64,000 bases of DNA from Chara braunii (lineage: Eukaryota; Plantae; Charophyceae), in assembly GCA_003427395.1 (NCBI GenBank), contig BFEA01000030.1, positions 5,011,728 to 5,075,727 on the forward strand. The letters run 5' to 3'. Of the stretch, positions 1-11,624 are shown piece after piece; within the stretch, counting starts at the first letter, position 1, and each line of letters opens with the position of its first letter. Under the pieces are notes generated by a model, which was given only the letters and a program-made list of their open reading frames with translations, was not told the DNA's origin and did no database searches. The position numbers and the translations under genes are program-made.

Positions 1-3000
1 AATCCAGACCGGGTCATAGTCAAAGCGCTCTCTTGCCTGAGGGAGTTAGGCGGCATCGTCACAACTTTCTCGAGTGAGCAGATGGGAGAAGGCGATGGTT
101 TGTGTGTTAAGGGCGGCCCATGAACGGTCACAATGGGTTGTCTACTGCTCGTGCATGACGGGACGGAACTACAGATCGAAGTCAGACATGTAAGAGAGGA
201 CGGGGCTTCTTCTCCTTGTTGACGTCATGAGCCAAAAGGGAAGAGAGGGAGGAGGTCAGACTTATGAGTGTGCTTTGCTTCGGGATTCTTGGTTGATGTC
301 ATCAATCTCAGTCAGTGCCATCAACTCTCTAGAAGCACTTAGTCTCGGAGCGTTCGTCCCTAGAAAGAGAGGACAGTAAGACAGGAGTACGAGGCAGGGA
401 GGTAGGGATGAGACTTGGTCTAAGCAGGTGGCGACTATCGGGGGGGAGACTGGGTTACGTGGCACAACGAGAGTCGCTTACCGCGCGCCAATACCAATCT
501 CCCATCTTGTCCTGGCCATGATCTGGACGCGGGGCTTTATTACAGTCACCTGGGAGGAACTTGGCGCACCGACTATGCAGACTACTTATGATCAGTGGGT
601 GAGAAGGGAAGGCGGTGAAATGGAGTGAGTGAACGAGTGTAGAGCGTACTACTTGCTGAATTGGTTGACAACTTGACGTCATCTTGTACCAGCCACTGCG
701 TTGTGAGTGGGGCTGCTAAGGCCACGAAGCGGCTGCAGACTGACAAGGTAATGCAGGCCCACTTGTATAGGAGGCATTCACAAGCAGCGGAAGCGGAAAA
801 ATACGTGCGGAAAATTGTCATAGCTTCCTCTTACTGACATCGTCTAAGCCTTGTCCGTGTTAGGGCATTTTGCCTTGTTTGGTTGGTCTCCGCTTTGGCA
901 GCAGGGAGGCTAGTGTTTGAGTGGCGTCTACTTTTACTCGCAAGATAAGCCTGTAATGATGGTGGGGCTTGGATAACAGAGTTATGAGGTAGTTGTGTTT
1001 GAAGGGAGAGAGAGACAGGGCGATCGACGGAGTGGATATTCAGTGGTGGGATAAAGGCGAGATTGACACTTTTCTTGAGAAAAAACCTTAAGTCCTCGTC
1101 GCGATCGGTCTTGGCTATAGTCACCTCCTTCCCTTTCTTTTCCTTTCTTTTTCCTTCTTTTTTCTTCTCGTTTTCCTTTCTGAGGGTTGATCTTCTTTCT
1201 CCTTCCTAGTCGTTGAGGGCTCGGTCCCTGCCCAAATGTGATGGAGACGAGTGACCAAAGTGTGGCACTAATGTCGTGACACCGATTCCAACCCACGACT
1301 AATAGAGTGAATACTAAGCTCTGAGCTCAGACCACTAAATAAGTACTTGCTCACACATGCATTGATCGAGAGGAGACACTGCACAAAGTTGAGTGTCCTC
1401 AGCCGACGAAGTCTAAACAACGAATGAACATTTGACAGAAGATTTCAAATGACTATTCTAAGTGGCATATGAATGAGTCAACCAGATAAGAGCCCACTCT
1501 CTCTCTCTAAATTCAATAATTCTTGTGTATGCTCACCTTTTATTCTGTCATGATGCAACGACTATCTGACTGTAATTGGTCTGCATCTTGTGTTATTCAG
1601 TTTATTGATTACTATACTCCATCCACTGGCATCTGTGGGTTCACTTGATGGAAAGTCAATGAATTTCCACTTTGATTAGGTTTGGCGAGCTTGACAATAA
1701 GTGTCAGACTCTTTATTCGTATCAATCAGCCTGCTAATCAAAGAGCGAGTGAGAAGCGGGTCTCATGGAAAAAGACGAATATTCGAAGACTTTCCACCTG
1801 CCTTCCTATCCATTGGTATCCTTTAATGGGTGGGAGGAAGTCTATCCTGAAGAGAATCGTATATTTTTTTGTCAAGTTTTTGCTCGATGGAGATTAGTTT
1901 GGTTGTGGTAATAATGATTGTCATTGATAGGACCACAATTTAGTCTATGAACTTCGGTCATCGTTTTGCTCTCGTAATCTCTCGAGAGTTGGGCATGCAA
2001 AACCTCAATACAAGATGACGGGTTTAGCGTAAGCACCTGATAAGTCGAGTTGTTGTGTCCAGTGCTCGAGTGTGAACCACGCTATGCTTTGATGGGTGTC
2101 ATGTTAGTACTTTATATAAGTAAAGACTTTTTCGGGTCACCCCTGGAGAAAACATGAACGTGGGTTAACCCCTGAGCGATGAATGAGTAGTTCCACAATA
2201 CTGTTGTAGCTGAAGTCATATCACAGGACACTACAATTCTGGTTTCGATCAATAAAACTGAGAAAATGTTATTGTGAGGGGTATGTTGTGCACTGTTCAA
2301 GAGAACTGAAAAAGACAAGAGGGAACTTTTAAACGTCGTGCCTCCCTGGAAACCTGAGTCAATTAAAGATTTGTGTGACTAAACACCCTTTGTCCCTTAC
2401 AGGAGGACGAATTCTCAGCGGTGCGGTTGGCGTAGTTGGTTGAGAAGTGACTTCCTTAGATTACCGATTAAAATACAAGGTTGCCCTTCACAACAACATT
2501 GGACTGCGTTGTATATGAGCAATGAAGTAACTCATCTGCATTCGGCGTGGCATGCAATCAAGGACCGTGTTCTAATGGGACCCTGTGAACGCTCATTAAA
2601 GGAATTAACGAAAACTCAAATCCCACTCGGATTCTGATTGTCTGCGGGTGCGGTCAGGCCCATGCTAGGTATCTTCAGGATTAGCAAGGTCAAGACGTTG
2701 TGTCTGGGACATATTCTATACTAAGCGTGAGGTCAGAGTTGTGTGAAAAGTCGTCATAATGAACGGGTGTGGAGCCTCTGTGTTCAAATGCACCTTGAAT
2801 CATGCTTATGAGACACCGAGATCTGACTCGTCGCTTGGGCTCCAAATCACCGCCCCAATGTGGTTTACCTTCGGATGTCTAACTGTACGGTTGTATGTCC
2901 CAGACATTTAGAGGTTTAACACCCTGGGTGCAGGCAACATTTAGAGCACTCTTGCATGGGGTTTCGTGTTGAACGCAGAAAACTATGCCGCTGTCGTGAG

Positions 3001-3520
3001 ACTTTAGAACTGACCCTGTACCTAAGGTCTCTTAAAGAAATATTTTTTGGATGGGGCTCTGAGGTTTAGGAGATGTGATTTCAAAGAAGAGGGGGGTTGA
3101 GGTTATTTGAGAGAAGACCAAGGGAAAGCCTGGGAAAGGGCAAGTATCCAGTTTCCTTTCTCTTGAAAAGTCACTGACACACTGACCAGCAAACACTGTT
3201 TGGAAGCGCATATTTCTCTCTCACTGTCAACATCCAGTGACTTGCACTCTGAGATAATTCAGGCACCATCAATGGTAATCAGTCAGGATCAGTTCATTAC
3301 TCAGTCAAGGTTACCTGACTTTCGAGTGCGACAAAGGGGTCATCAAGGAAGACATCGAGTTTAATGCCTGTACACTCCCCTACTTCAGAGTGCAACTTGA
3401 TTCTTTCCTGACGGCAAGTCAGTATTGTGCCTTCCCGGCCAGATTGACTCAAGTCAGTTGTTACCATTGGTGATCTGATTTCCCCTGAGCGTTGGTTGAC
3501 AACGATGCACAACCAACGTT
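1..3520 (-). mobile_element. Highly decayed LINE remnant (APE endonuclease-like region ~1200-2400, linker running off the left edge, possible ORF1 upstream)
   Basis: Broken minus-strand frames give APE-like words in the expected order: LVTQIFN(G)LR, VLLIETRI, LSGAYAKP, SLVSITF, RFFLKKS. There are many stops and frameshifts. Confidence 0.35.
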
Positions 3521-4283
3521 GAAGGGTTTAATTGTTGCTAAACATTCTAATTAGTATCAACTATCCTGAGGCTGAGAGTAGTTTCCCTCGTCAAAAACGT
3601 GACTTCACAAAAGTTGTTCACAGTTTACCCTGCCTGCAACTTAAATCTTTAGGCGTGGGGAATCACGAGGGATGAAGAGGTCCTAGTGGCGAAGTACCAA
3701 TCACACTGAGACAAGAAGGAAGGATGGGAAGAAGAGGCATGCCGAGACATGGACTCATATAAACAGACTTAGAAAGAACTTGTGGTCGGGATGACCGAAG
3801 GGAAAAAATACATTGAATATGTGTTCTACTTTTATGACCACGATGGTAAGTTATACAACACTGACTCGTTGCTAGAGACAGTGGCGCAGGCCAGGGCAAA
3901 GCTTAGGTGAGCGCAAGGGTGCCTGAATTCTCTTTCCTAAAACTCCACCAGCTTCCCGGTTAGCAAATGCCACTTCATGATTTATAGCTTTCTCAGCGTT
4001 CCGATGTCAAGAGATCGGTGTTCGGTGGCTCAATATTTCAGCATCTAATCAGTATTCAATCAGCATCTAATCAACATTCAGTTACATTTAATCAACACTC
4101 AGTTATTCGAGCAATTTGAAACCCTCAGTCAGAACCAATCAATCCTCAGTTATTCGAGTTACCCGAAAGTTCCGGTCAGGATCAATCAGGACTCAGTCAT
4201 TCTCATTTGCGCCAGAGATCAACATCAATCAGCCAGTGCTTTCACCAAAAGACATTGATCAGTCTTAACACCCACTTCAGCAT

Positions 4284-4766
4284 ATGAGTACAGTCCAGTC
4301 CTTCTCAATTTGGGAGACTGTCCTAACCAGTCTCAATCGAATCGCTTCCAAAGATGCCTTCCATCATCGGTATATCAGTGCAATTGGCTTCAAGCAAGGT
4401 GAACTATCTATCTCTGTAGTTCATACTGAGTTCGCAGAGGGTGCCATTCAAGATTTGAGACCCTATCTGAAGAAAGGCAGGGAGACTCATGAGCATTTTG
4501 ATTCAGTCTGGGTTTCGGCAGCCAGGTACCTTGAGGAGAGAAAGACAGAGCTTGATGAGAGTGATACCAAACTGATCCGTAGCTTTGGACCCAAACTTTA
4601 TACTAATTATCCCAAGCCTCCGGTACCTTTCACTTTTACAAATGGTTCTTGTTGGGGTGACGTAGTTGATTTGACCAAGAGGTACATCTCTCCGGTGGAG
4701 ATTGATTACGAGGCCGTGACTGAGCCATTAGAGTTCAGACATCTCAGACGAGAGATCTTCTCTTAA
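4284..4766 (+). pseudogene. Orphan 160-aa ORF of unknown function that appears to continue in frame through premature stops to ~5130
   Basis: ATG-initiated ORF with globular-looking composition. The same frame reads PYLPTLWEEFCAMVDFRIMGLG*KYSELADFRWLYI* beyond the first stop. Confidence 0.35.
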
Positions 4767-5668
4767 CCATATCTTCCTACTCTATGGGAGGAGTTTTGTG
4801 CTATGGTTGACTTCCGCATCATGGGACTTGGATGAAAGTACTCAGAGCTTGCAGATTTCAGGTGGCTCTATATCTAAAGGCCACAACCTCAGGAAGTACA
4901 CAAGAGTGGTTCAAGACACAGGAAACGCACAATCAAATGAGAGATCAACGATGAGACTTTAGAGGGATGAGTGATGATTCCTAACGGGTGCCAGCCATGC
5001 CTATCTATCTATACTTTGCGAGGCTATTATGAGTTCTCATTCTTCCCTCATTTATCCTTGTCATTGCTCGAGTCAGTTGGTCTTGCTTCATTTGCTTTGA
5101 CCCTGCTTGATGATTGTGTTCTCAAATGATCCTGTCACAGTTCTCAAAATTAGTAAATTGGAAAATTTGATACATGCACGACACACTTTAATTTCATGAT
5201 TATTGTCTGCATGATCTTTGTTGTTCCGAATCAAAATAAGAGATTCCTAAGACCGAGGACCGGCGAAGACCGCAATTGAAGGGTCTCGTTCGAAGCCGGA
5301 CGCACACAACAGAAAGGGATTTGCTGTATTTAATTTATTTATTTATTTGCAAAAGTCATCAAAATCCTGCGTGACAGCCTGTTGGCTTTCTGGTCGCCCG
5401 AAGTGGTCCGACTAGAAAAAGTGCGACAACGTGCATGCCAAAAGACTCGCGTATCATACCCGTTTATGCACACGTGTGTCAGCTGCTTAGCCAGCAGCGC
5501 TGCGCTCGTGGATGTCATTTCGCCCCCAATGCTCTGGTGAGGGACCAACAGAGTTTGAATGATGGCAAGGTCGAGGAGGGAACATCGTCACTCCGCCCGT
5601 CACTAAGACACCTTTGTCACATTGCCCTAATAAAACAAACACAAGTGGTTCTCCTAGAAGACTGAAAC

Positions 5669-5719
5669 GGACCCGCTTTCCAGCAGGTGTTGCTCCCCAC
5701 CAACTGACTAGAGCCTTCA
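5669..5719 (+). repeat. Dispersed ~55-bp hairpin repeat, copy 1 (degenerate)
   Basis: GGACCCGCTTTCCAGCAGGTGTTGCTCCCCACCAA matches the copies at 11168, 26177, 29859, 40684 and 48525. Confidence 0.7.
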
Positions 5720-6435
5720 CTAGGGGAAGTGTGTGTTTTGGGGGGATGTTCATATGATCTCAAAACATAGGTTCCGCCGCTGTTGTTTTGGGAAACAAAG
5801 GTTGGGGTTTTTTTCCCTGAAGTGTTTTCCTCAGGTGGTAAGCGCCCTGACGTCTTTTCCTTGAAGCATCTTCTTCGGGCGACCCCCCAAGTAAGACCAC
5901 CTAGCAACAATCGAAACTGGGTGGGGTAACCAACACTCACTGAAACTTGCTGATCGAATTGCTTCCGGTTCAAACCATGTGTACTGTGTGACTACTTGCT
6001 GCCTTACATGTACAATTGCCTGTATAATCTACTTGTATCACTGCATGTATGTCTCACACTGTGTAATCTGAGGTTGTTCTTGCCACTCCGAAACCGTGTT
6101 GCATGTCAATAGATGCCTTGATGCTTTCCTGCTCAGTAGTTGTCCCTCAGGTTGCCTTGCTGCCTTTGTTACCCTCCTTCCATGGCGGAGAAGCATTTAA
6201 CAAAGCCCTAAAGTTTCAGGGTATTTCAGGGTCATTATAACAAACGTCCCGCACAGACTTGTCACCAGTCCACAGAGTGGACACCAAATAAACCAAAAAA
6301 AAAAAAAGTACAAAAATGGATCAAAGGGACTTACCCCCCCCAAAAAAAGAACAAAAACAAAATCCCCAATGCACTTTTCAGGGCTAAGAGGGGTGACCTG
6401 GGGCTTAAAATTGGGGGTACTTGTTAACCACTTGC

Positions 6436-6685
6436 AATGCTGCCTTGCTGCCTTGCCGCCTCACTATCTTGTTGCCTTACCGCCTTGTTGTCGTGTTGCT
6501 TGTGCTGCCCTGCTGCTTTCCTCATTGGTTCGTTGCTCTCCTGCCTTGCTTCCCAGTTGCTCATCATGTTACCTTGCTGCTTTCCTCGCTGCTTTGCTTA
6601 CTCCATGTTTTGCCTCTATGCTGCATTGTGCTGCTCTGCAGTTTGCCTTGTTGCCTTGCTGCGTTGCATGCTTTGCCGTGTTTGC
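6436..6685. repeat. Low-complexity (TGCTGCCT/TTGC)-rich tract
   Basis: Repeated gctgccttg-like units. These generate spurious Cys/Leu-rich ORFs in all three + frames. Confidence 0.8.
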
Positions 6686-6746
6686 CCATTCGCAACAGGG
6701 TTTGAACCTTGGCTATGACTCAAAGCACTCTGAGGGGATCCAACAT

Positions 6747-6800
6747 AACTGTTCAGAGTTCAGTCTTCTGATGAATCGGTGAAAGTTCGATAGAACAGTC
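6747..6800 (+). ncRNA. Type III hammerhead ribozyme motif, degenerate copy
   Basis: AACTGT-T-C-AGA-GTTCAG-TCT-T-CTGATGA-ATCGG-TGAAAGT-TCGAT-AGAAC-AGTC. Helices III, I and II can all pair. The GAAA core is mutated to AGAA. Homologous to 9274-9323 (-). Confidence 0.6.
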
Positions 6801-7346
6801 TGTCACTACTCGTGTTTGTTGTGTGTTTCAAGTGTTTGTATGTTGATGTTTTATTTGTTTGTGCTTGTTGTATTTGCATATGATTGTGAGTCGTTGGCAA
6901 TGGTCATGTCAGTCTGTGCTAATGTGCAATAACAAATCTTCTTTCACAATCAATAGGACATAGAATGAGTAAAGGGGAATTGGTTATGCGCGGAACTGGT
7001 TTATGACAAAGTATGTCTGCATATATGTGAAGGATTTTGAAAAAGGAGTAAACTTTTAAGCTAGCTATAGACGACATTGTAGAATCGTCTCTCCTTCCCC
7101 GATCGCTCAGCAGACCGCAAGCCCACACCATGTCCACAGGGTACCGTCCGCCCCCGGGGGGCATCGGGGGCAGATTTTGCCTCATGAGGACCACAGTGGC
7201 ATTGAGCTATTGAAAACACACCCATTAGAATTCGTGATCCGAGGATTACCCAATGGAGGTTGACACATTCCTTCCTCATATCTTGAGGGAAAAGGTTTTT
7301 TGGGTAATGGAGGTCGACGTCATATTTTTATAAGTATTGTCTAGAG

Positions 7347-7938
7347 ATCAGTTGCACGACGTACGTGTACGCGGGTTGCGCGTACAAGCATACACATATT
7401 CCTGTACGTGACACGTACGCGAGTACACGTACTCTCGTACGTGGGAATACATTAAAAAAAAAATAATAAAAAAAAATCATCAGAAAACTCTGCAAAACAT
7501 GTATGTTATGCAAAATGATATTTCAAACAACTTTTTCCTGAGACTCATTGCAAAATTCTGTACCAAACTCGAGTGAAAAATCAAAGACACAAAAAACAAA
7601 TAAATTGAAAAAAAAAAAATATAGGAAAAAAACAGAAAAAATAAAAACAAACTTCTGTCACAAATATATGTTATGCAGAAACATGATACAAACAACTTTT
7701 GTCGGGAGTCATCCCCGAATTCCCAATCAAACTCGAGTGAAAAAAAAAAAAACTAAAAAAAATGTAATATTATCGTAATAATTTAAGAACTATTTCAAAA
7801 TAGTTTTTTTTTATTATTATTATTTTGAAGTTTTCTTTAAGGTGTTTTATTTTTAAATCAAGATTGGTTTGGAATTCGGGTATAACTCCCAGGCAAAAGT
7901 TGTTTATATTATTATTATGCACAACATACTAGTTTTTC

Positions 7939-7998
<60 letters not shown>

Positions 7999-8068
7999 GT
8001 ACGCGTACATGCGATTTTAGGTTCGTACGTGTACGCTGGAATAGGTACGCGTACGACGTGCTACCCAG
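7347..8068. mobile_element. hAT-like non-autonomous element (MITE) with CGTACG-rich subtermini
   Basis: Imperfect TIRs (ATCAGTTGCACGACGTACG / CGTACGACGTGCTACCCAG). The 8-bp flanks GTCTAGAG (7339-7346) and GTCCAGAG (8069-8076) differ at one base. It splits the LINE. Confidence 0.7.
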
Positions 8069-8810
8069 GTCCAGAGGTTATCTAGCATCAAATCCGATCT
8101 CGCCGCCCCTCTTACACCTTGTTCACTGGACTGTGTCCGGGCAGGTATGGTCCAATGTTTATTTTCCAACCAAGTTAGAGGATGTATTTCCTCTGATGCC
8201 GCGGGGCCCAACCTCCTAATCTGTTCCAAGACCAAAGGCAACCACTGCTTATCTATGGATAATATTATTATTTTTATTTATTGCAATGCAAGGGTTTGTG
8301 ATTGAAAAGTGGGTCCAACACCTGCAAACCTCTTCTGGTTTTAGAATGAATTAGTGAGAGTCAAGCTACTCTGGGAATGACTTTCCTTTGCTCATGATTG
8401 TTTTTCCATAGAAATGCTGGAATTTGCCTCTGAAGAGTTTTTATATGCATTTTACCAATGGACCAAAGCCCTCATTTATACCATATTGAAGCTAATACAA
8501 CATTATTTATTATAAGGGCTCTTCCAATAAGTGAGGTGTGTTGGTTCTTCCATTGATTCGTTTTTTTAAGAGTCGGCCTAACTATCTATTCGTCATTATT
8601 TTTAGCTTTGTCTTTAGCTTTCAATGCCACACCAAGTACCCTGATTGGCGCCTTCAAAGGGACCCAATGGACTCTAGGCTGTTCAGGAGGGCGAACCCCA
8701 TTTAAGTGTATCCATCATCCTTGTGTTTTTTCCCCCAATTGACAACCATATCTGACACTATAGAGTATTTATTCAGTAATACTCTAACTTCTTCCATATT
8801 TACCTCCTAA

Positions 8811-9318
8811 ACCACCACTACCCTCGCCGACCTAAATTCGTTTTCCTCAAATTTTCTGGCCTTACGGACCAGGTTCTTACGGGGGGGCGGCGACCAGCAG
8901 GTGCAGGAGGGTCCGGTCCAAAACTTTTCAAGCGCAAACTTTGACGATTTTTCACGCTCAGAAGAATTGACTGTAGCTTAGGTTGTGATCTTTCCACAAA
9001 AAATATCAAAAAAATAAAAAACAAAAACCGTAAAATAAATGTTGCGCCGTTTCGTCGTAATTTCCATTTTTGCCATTCTACCACGTGTGGGCCAACGGGA
9101 AAATGTCCCCAACTTTCACAATTTTTTGCGCTCAGAAGGATGACTCAACAACTCTGAAAGTTTGAGGGTCTGTAAATATTGTCGCGGTTTTTATATATAT
9201 ATATATCGTCAAATAGAACTGCCCGGTAAACCGTAGGCAGAGAGGGAGAAGAGGACAACAAACGAGGGGCTGTGACAAACTGTTTCGTCGGAGTTTCACC
9301 GACTCATCAGGAGGCTGA

Positions 9319-9358
<40 letters not shown>

Positions 9359-9515
9359 TTAAAAATAATTTTAACAGCGAAATAAATCGCTGGGGCAACT
9401 CAACGTATTTTCCAATTTTGTGACTCCGCTAGTTCCCCCCACCGTGCTACCGGTAGCCCTCGTGGACCTGTGCTACTGGTTCCCCCTAATTTATGACGGC
9501 GGGGGTAGTGCTAGT
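8811..9515. mobile_element. Non-autonomous TIR element of the TTAA / ACCACC family
   Basis: Termini ACCACCACTACCCTCGCCG..CGGCGGGGGTAGTGCTAGT, flanked by CTAA (8807-8810) and TTAA (9516-9519). The LINE RT frame resumes on both sides. Confidence 0.7.
9274..9323 (-). ncRNA. Hammerhead ribozyme motif with intact CUGAUGA/GAAA core, inside a 116-bp insert (9207-9322) flanked by (TA)n
   Basis: Minus strand reads AGG-GTTCAG-CCT-C-CTGATGA-GTCGG-TGAAACT-CCGAC-GAAAC-AGTT. This gives a canonical core, a 5-bp helix II and a helix I hairpin. The 5' arm of helix III is absent and replaced by (TA)n. Confidence 0.75.
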
Positions 9516-9832
9516 TTAAGTCTCCATCATAACGGTGAAGTAATCTGCAAACATGGAATAAATAGGTATTGCTTCCTCTGGTATCCCTGCTATTCCCAAT
9601 CGCTTGAGGTTGTGGTTTTCACAAAGATTGGTCGCTAAGGCCTCCATCAAAATGAGGAAAAAAAAAGGAGTCAAAGGACCGCCTTGCCTAACCGATCTTT
9701 GGAGTCTGATCTCTGATGAAAGGATACCATTAACCTGTATCCTGGTAGTTGCGTTGGAGTGAAGAATCTGGACCCACTTTCATATTGAATGACCAAAATT
9801 TAGTTTACTAAGACATTTATTCAAGAATCTTC

Positions 9833-10099
9833 AATGGTCATTTCGTCAAAATGGACATATTATATTTTTTGAACGAAATTGAAATTGAGTTTTTTGGCCA
9901 AAATTTGGTCCAAAGTTTTGACTCATGGGACCTCCTAGATGTATTTGCCCTCAAGCTGAGACCAGATACATCTAAGGGGTCCAGCGTTTTAGGAACGCCG
10001 GACCCCTAAAAACAAAAAATTTGGACCGGATTTCGGTAAAAAAACTCAATTTCAATTTCGTTAAAAAAATATAATGTCCGTTTTGATGAAATTGTTGTT
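9833..10099. mobile_element. MITE of the Sola-like AAC-terminus family
   Basis: Long imperfect TIRs (..ATTTCGTCAAAATGGACA..) match the TIRs at 41799 and 58438. Exact 4-bp TSD CTTC (9829-9832 / 10100-10103). Removing it restores the LINE frame DNVD*RFLNK. Confidence 0.9.
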
Positions 10100-11167
10100 C
10101 TTCAATCTACATTATCATAAGCTTTTTCAAAATCTATAAACACAAATGCATCATTTTGTTGAGACTGGCGATAAAGCTTAATCATTTCATTAATTAAAAA
10201 TATGTTATCTTGAATATGTCTGCCATTAATAAAACCACTCTGTGCTAGATGTATAATGCCAGCCATGATTGGAATCATCCAATTTGCGAGAGTTGTGGCC
10301 AACAGTTTATACACTACTGTGAGAATAATGAAGGGTCCGTAGTTTTTCTTGTTAGTTTTGTCACCTTCTTTGTAAAGAAGGGTGAGAATCCCCTGACCCA
10401 CTATCTCTCCCATCCTCCTCGATTCTTGAACAACTTTAAAACTTTTCATTAAATCTGAAGAGAAAGTCGATCACAATGAGACTCAAAACGCCTTAGGGAG
10501 TTCATCCACCCTGGGTGTCTTATCCTCCTGCATTTGTAACAGAGGCGTCAAAATCTCCTCCTTAGTTAGTGGTCTTTCCAGATTCTCCCTCTGTTCCCTT
10601 GTTAACGATTGTGTTAAAGGTGTGAGGAACCTTTGCATAGTTATATCATCTTCCTGATGTTTGTTCTGGTCCTTGGGGGATGTGAATAACTTTTTGAAAA
10701 AATCATAGGTGATCCTAAGGCAACCAGCTAAGGATGTTAAAAGAGAGGGTTTAGAGGACTCATCAATGCTCATGAAACCTTCTATAGTTGTTCGTCTAGA
10801 TCTAGCCCTTGCAAGAACAAACGTTGTCTCATCCATTTGGCCTTCAGACATAAACTTGGTTAGCTTTCCTCTAACTAAGTACCCCTGCTAGCGATATTGT
10901 GCAAAATACCCCATCTTTCAAGGGCATATGGATTTTTTTTTTTGCTGAAAAAGGTTGTTCTTCATTCTGTAGAGGAATCTCTGTCTACAATTGGCATTGC
11001 CAACCCTCATCATGGAGAACTGAGGAGGAGGTATTGGTCCTTTTTTTTTTCTGATCGGACCTTTGTCTGCACTAACTTTTTTTTTTTTTTTTTTTTGAGA
11101 ACTTCACGCTTAGGGAAACCTGCTTAACGAGGTGATAAGAGCATCCTCCTTAAGTAGGTCCCAGTAT

Positions 11168-11224
11168 TGAAGGCTCGATCTATTGTGGGGAGCAACACCT
11201 GCTGGAAATCGGGTCTGGCGTCCC
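11168..11224 (-). repeat. Dispersed ~55-bp hairpin repeat, copy 2
   Basis: Reverse complement reads GGGACGCCAGACCCGATTTCCAGCAGGTGTTGCTCCCCACAATAGATCGAG. Confidence 0.75.
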
Positions 11225-11624
11225 TGTACAACTCAATTGTTTGAATTAATGTAGTTATACTGCACCCAGAGCAGGTGCGCCTTCTGTGTATCCTATCTCT
11301 AAGTACCTTTGTGTATTCTAAACAACTATGAGTGCAAGAAGAGGATATCAACCAATCAATCACCATAGTTGTAGATGGAGGGGATGATACTATCAACACC
11401 TATATCGCTCTGTTGGTATAAATGATATACTACCGGGGTGAAGGCATTGATTGCTTCCCTAACTCGGGAAGGATTAACCTCCTAACCTCCGACAATACGG
11501 TGGATCAAGCATTGTGAGCGTACTCAGGAGAACAACACAATCGATATCAGCCACTAGCGATCTGACCACAATAGCCAGATGATGTAAGTGGTAACATTAC
11601 ACATGCAAAAGTATGATGGGAGCC

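Larger units (their letters stand above)
7200..11120 (-). mobile_element. Decayed L1/Tx1-like LINE ORF2 (RT and downstream region), interrupted by three DNA-element insertions
   Basis: Motifs QGILTLLYKEGDK, QSGFINGRHIQDNI, FIDFEKAYDNVD, RSVRQGGPL, SMFADYF, DMVVNWGKT, SLIGRALIIN and QPPLGNPRI occur in RT order and are collinear with the LINE at 35158-39842. Confidence 0.9.

Noticed and set aside
5250-5310. GC-rich hairpin considered as an snRNA or ribozyme
   Set aside because: It has no hammerhead, HDV or snRNA consensus that I can match.
6690-6720. QGLN peptide as the end of a Penelope GIY-YIG domain upstream of the hammerhead
   Set aside because: The match is only three residues and is preceded by low-complexity sequence. 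No RT or GIY-YIG motifs are nearby.
8816-9510. CACTA..TAGTG termini suggesting an En/Spm element
   Set aside because: There is no 3-bp TSD (CAC vs CTA). The inverted repeat extends 5 bp further out to CTAA/TTAA flanks, matching the ACCACC family.
9712-9730. Other CTGATGA occurrences (also ~14561, ~15240, ~37563) as hammerheads
   Set aside because: None has a helix II followed by GAAA, and they lie within TE coding sequence.
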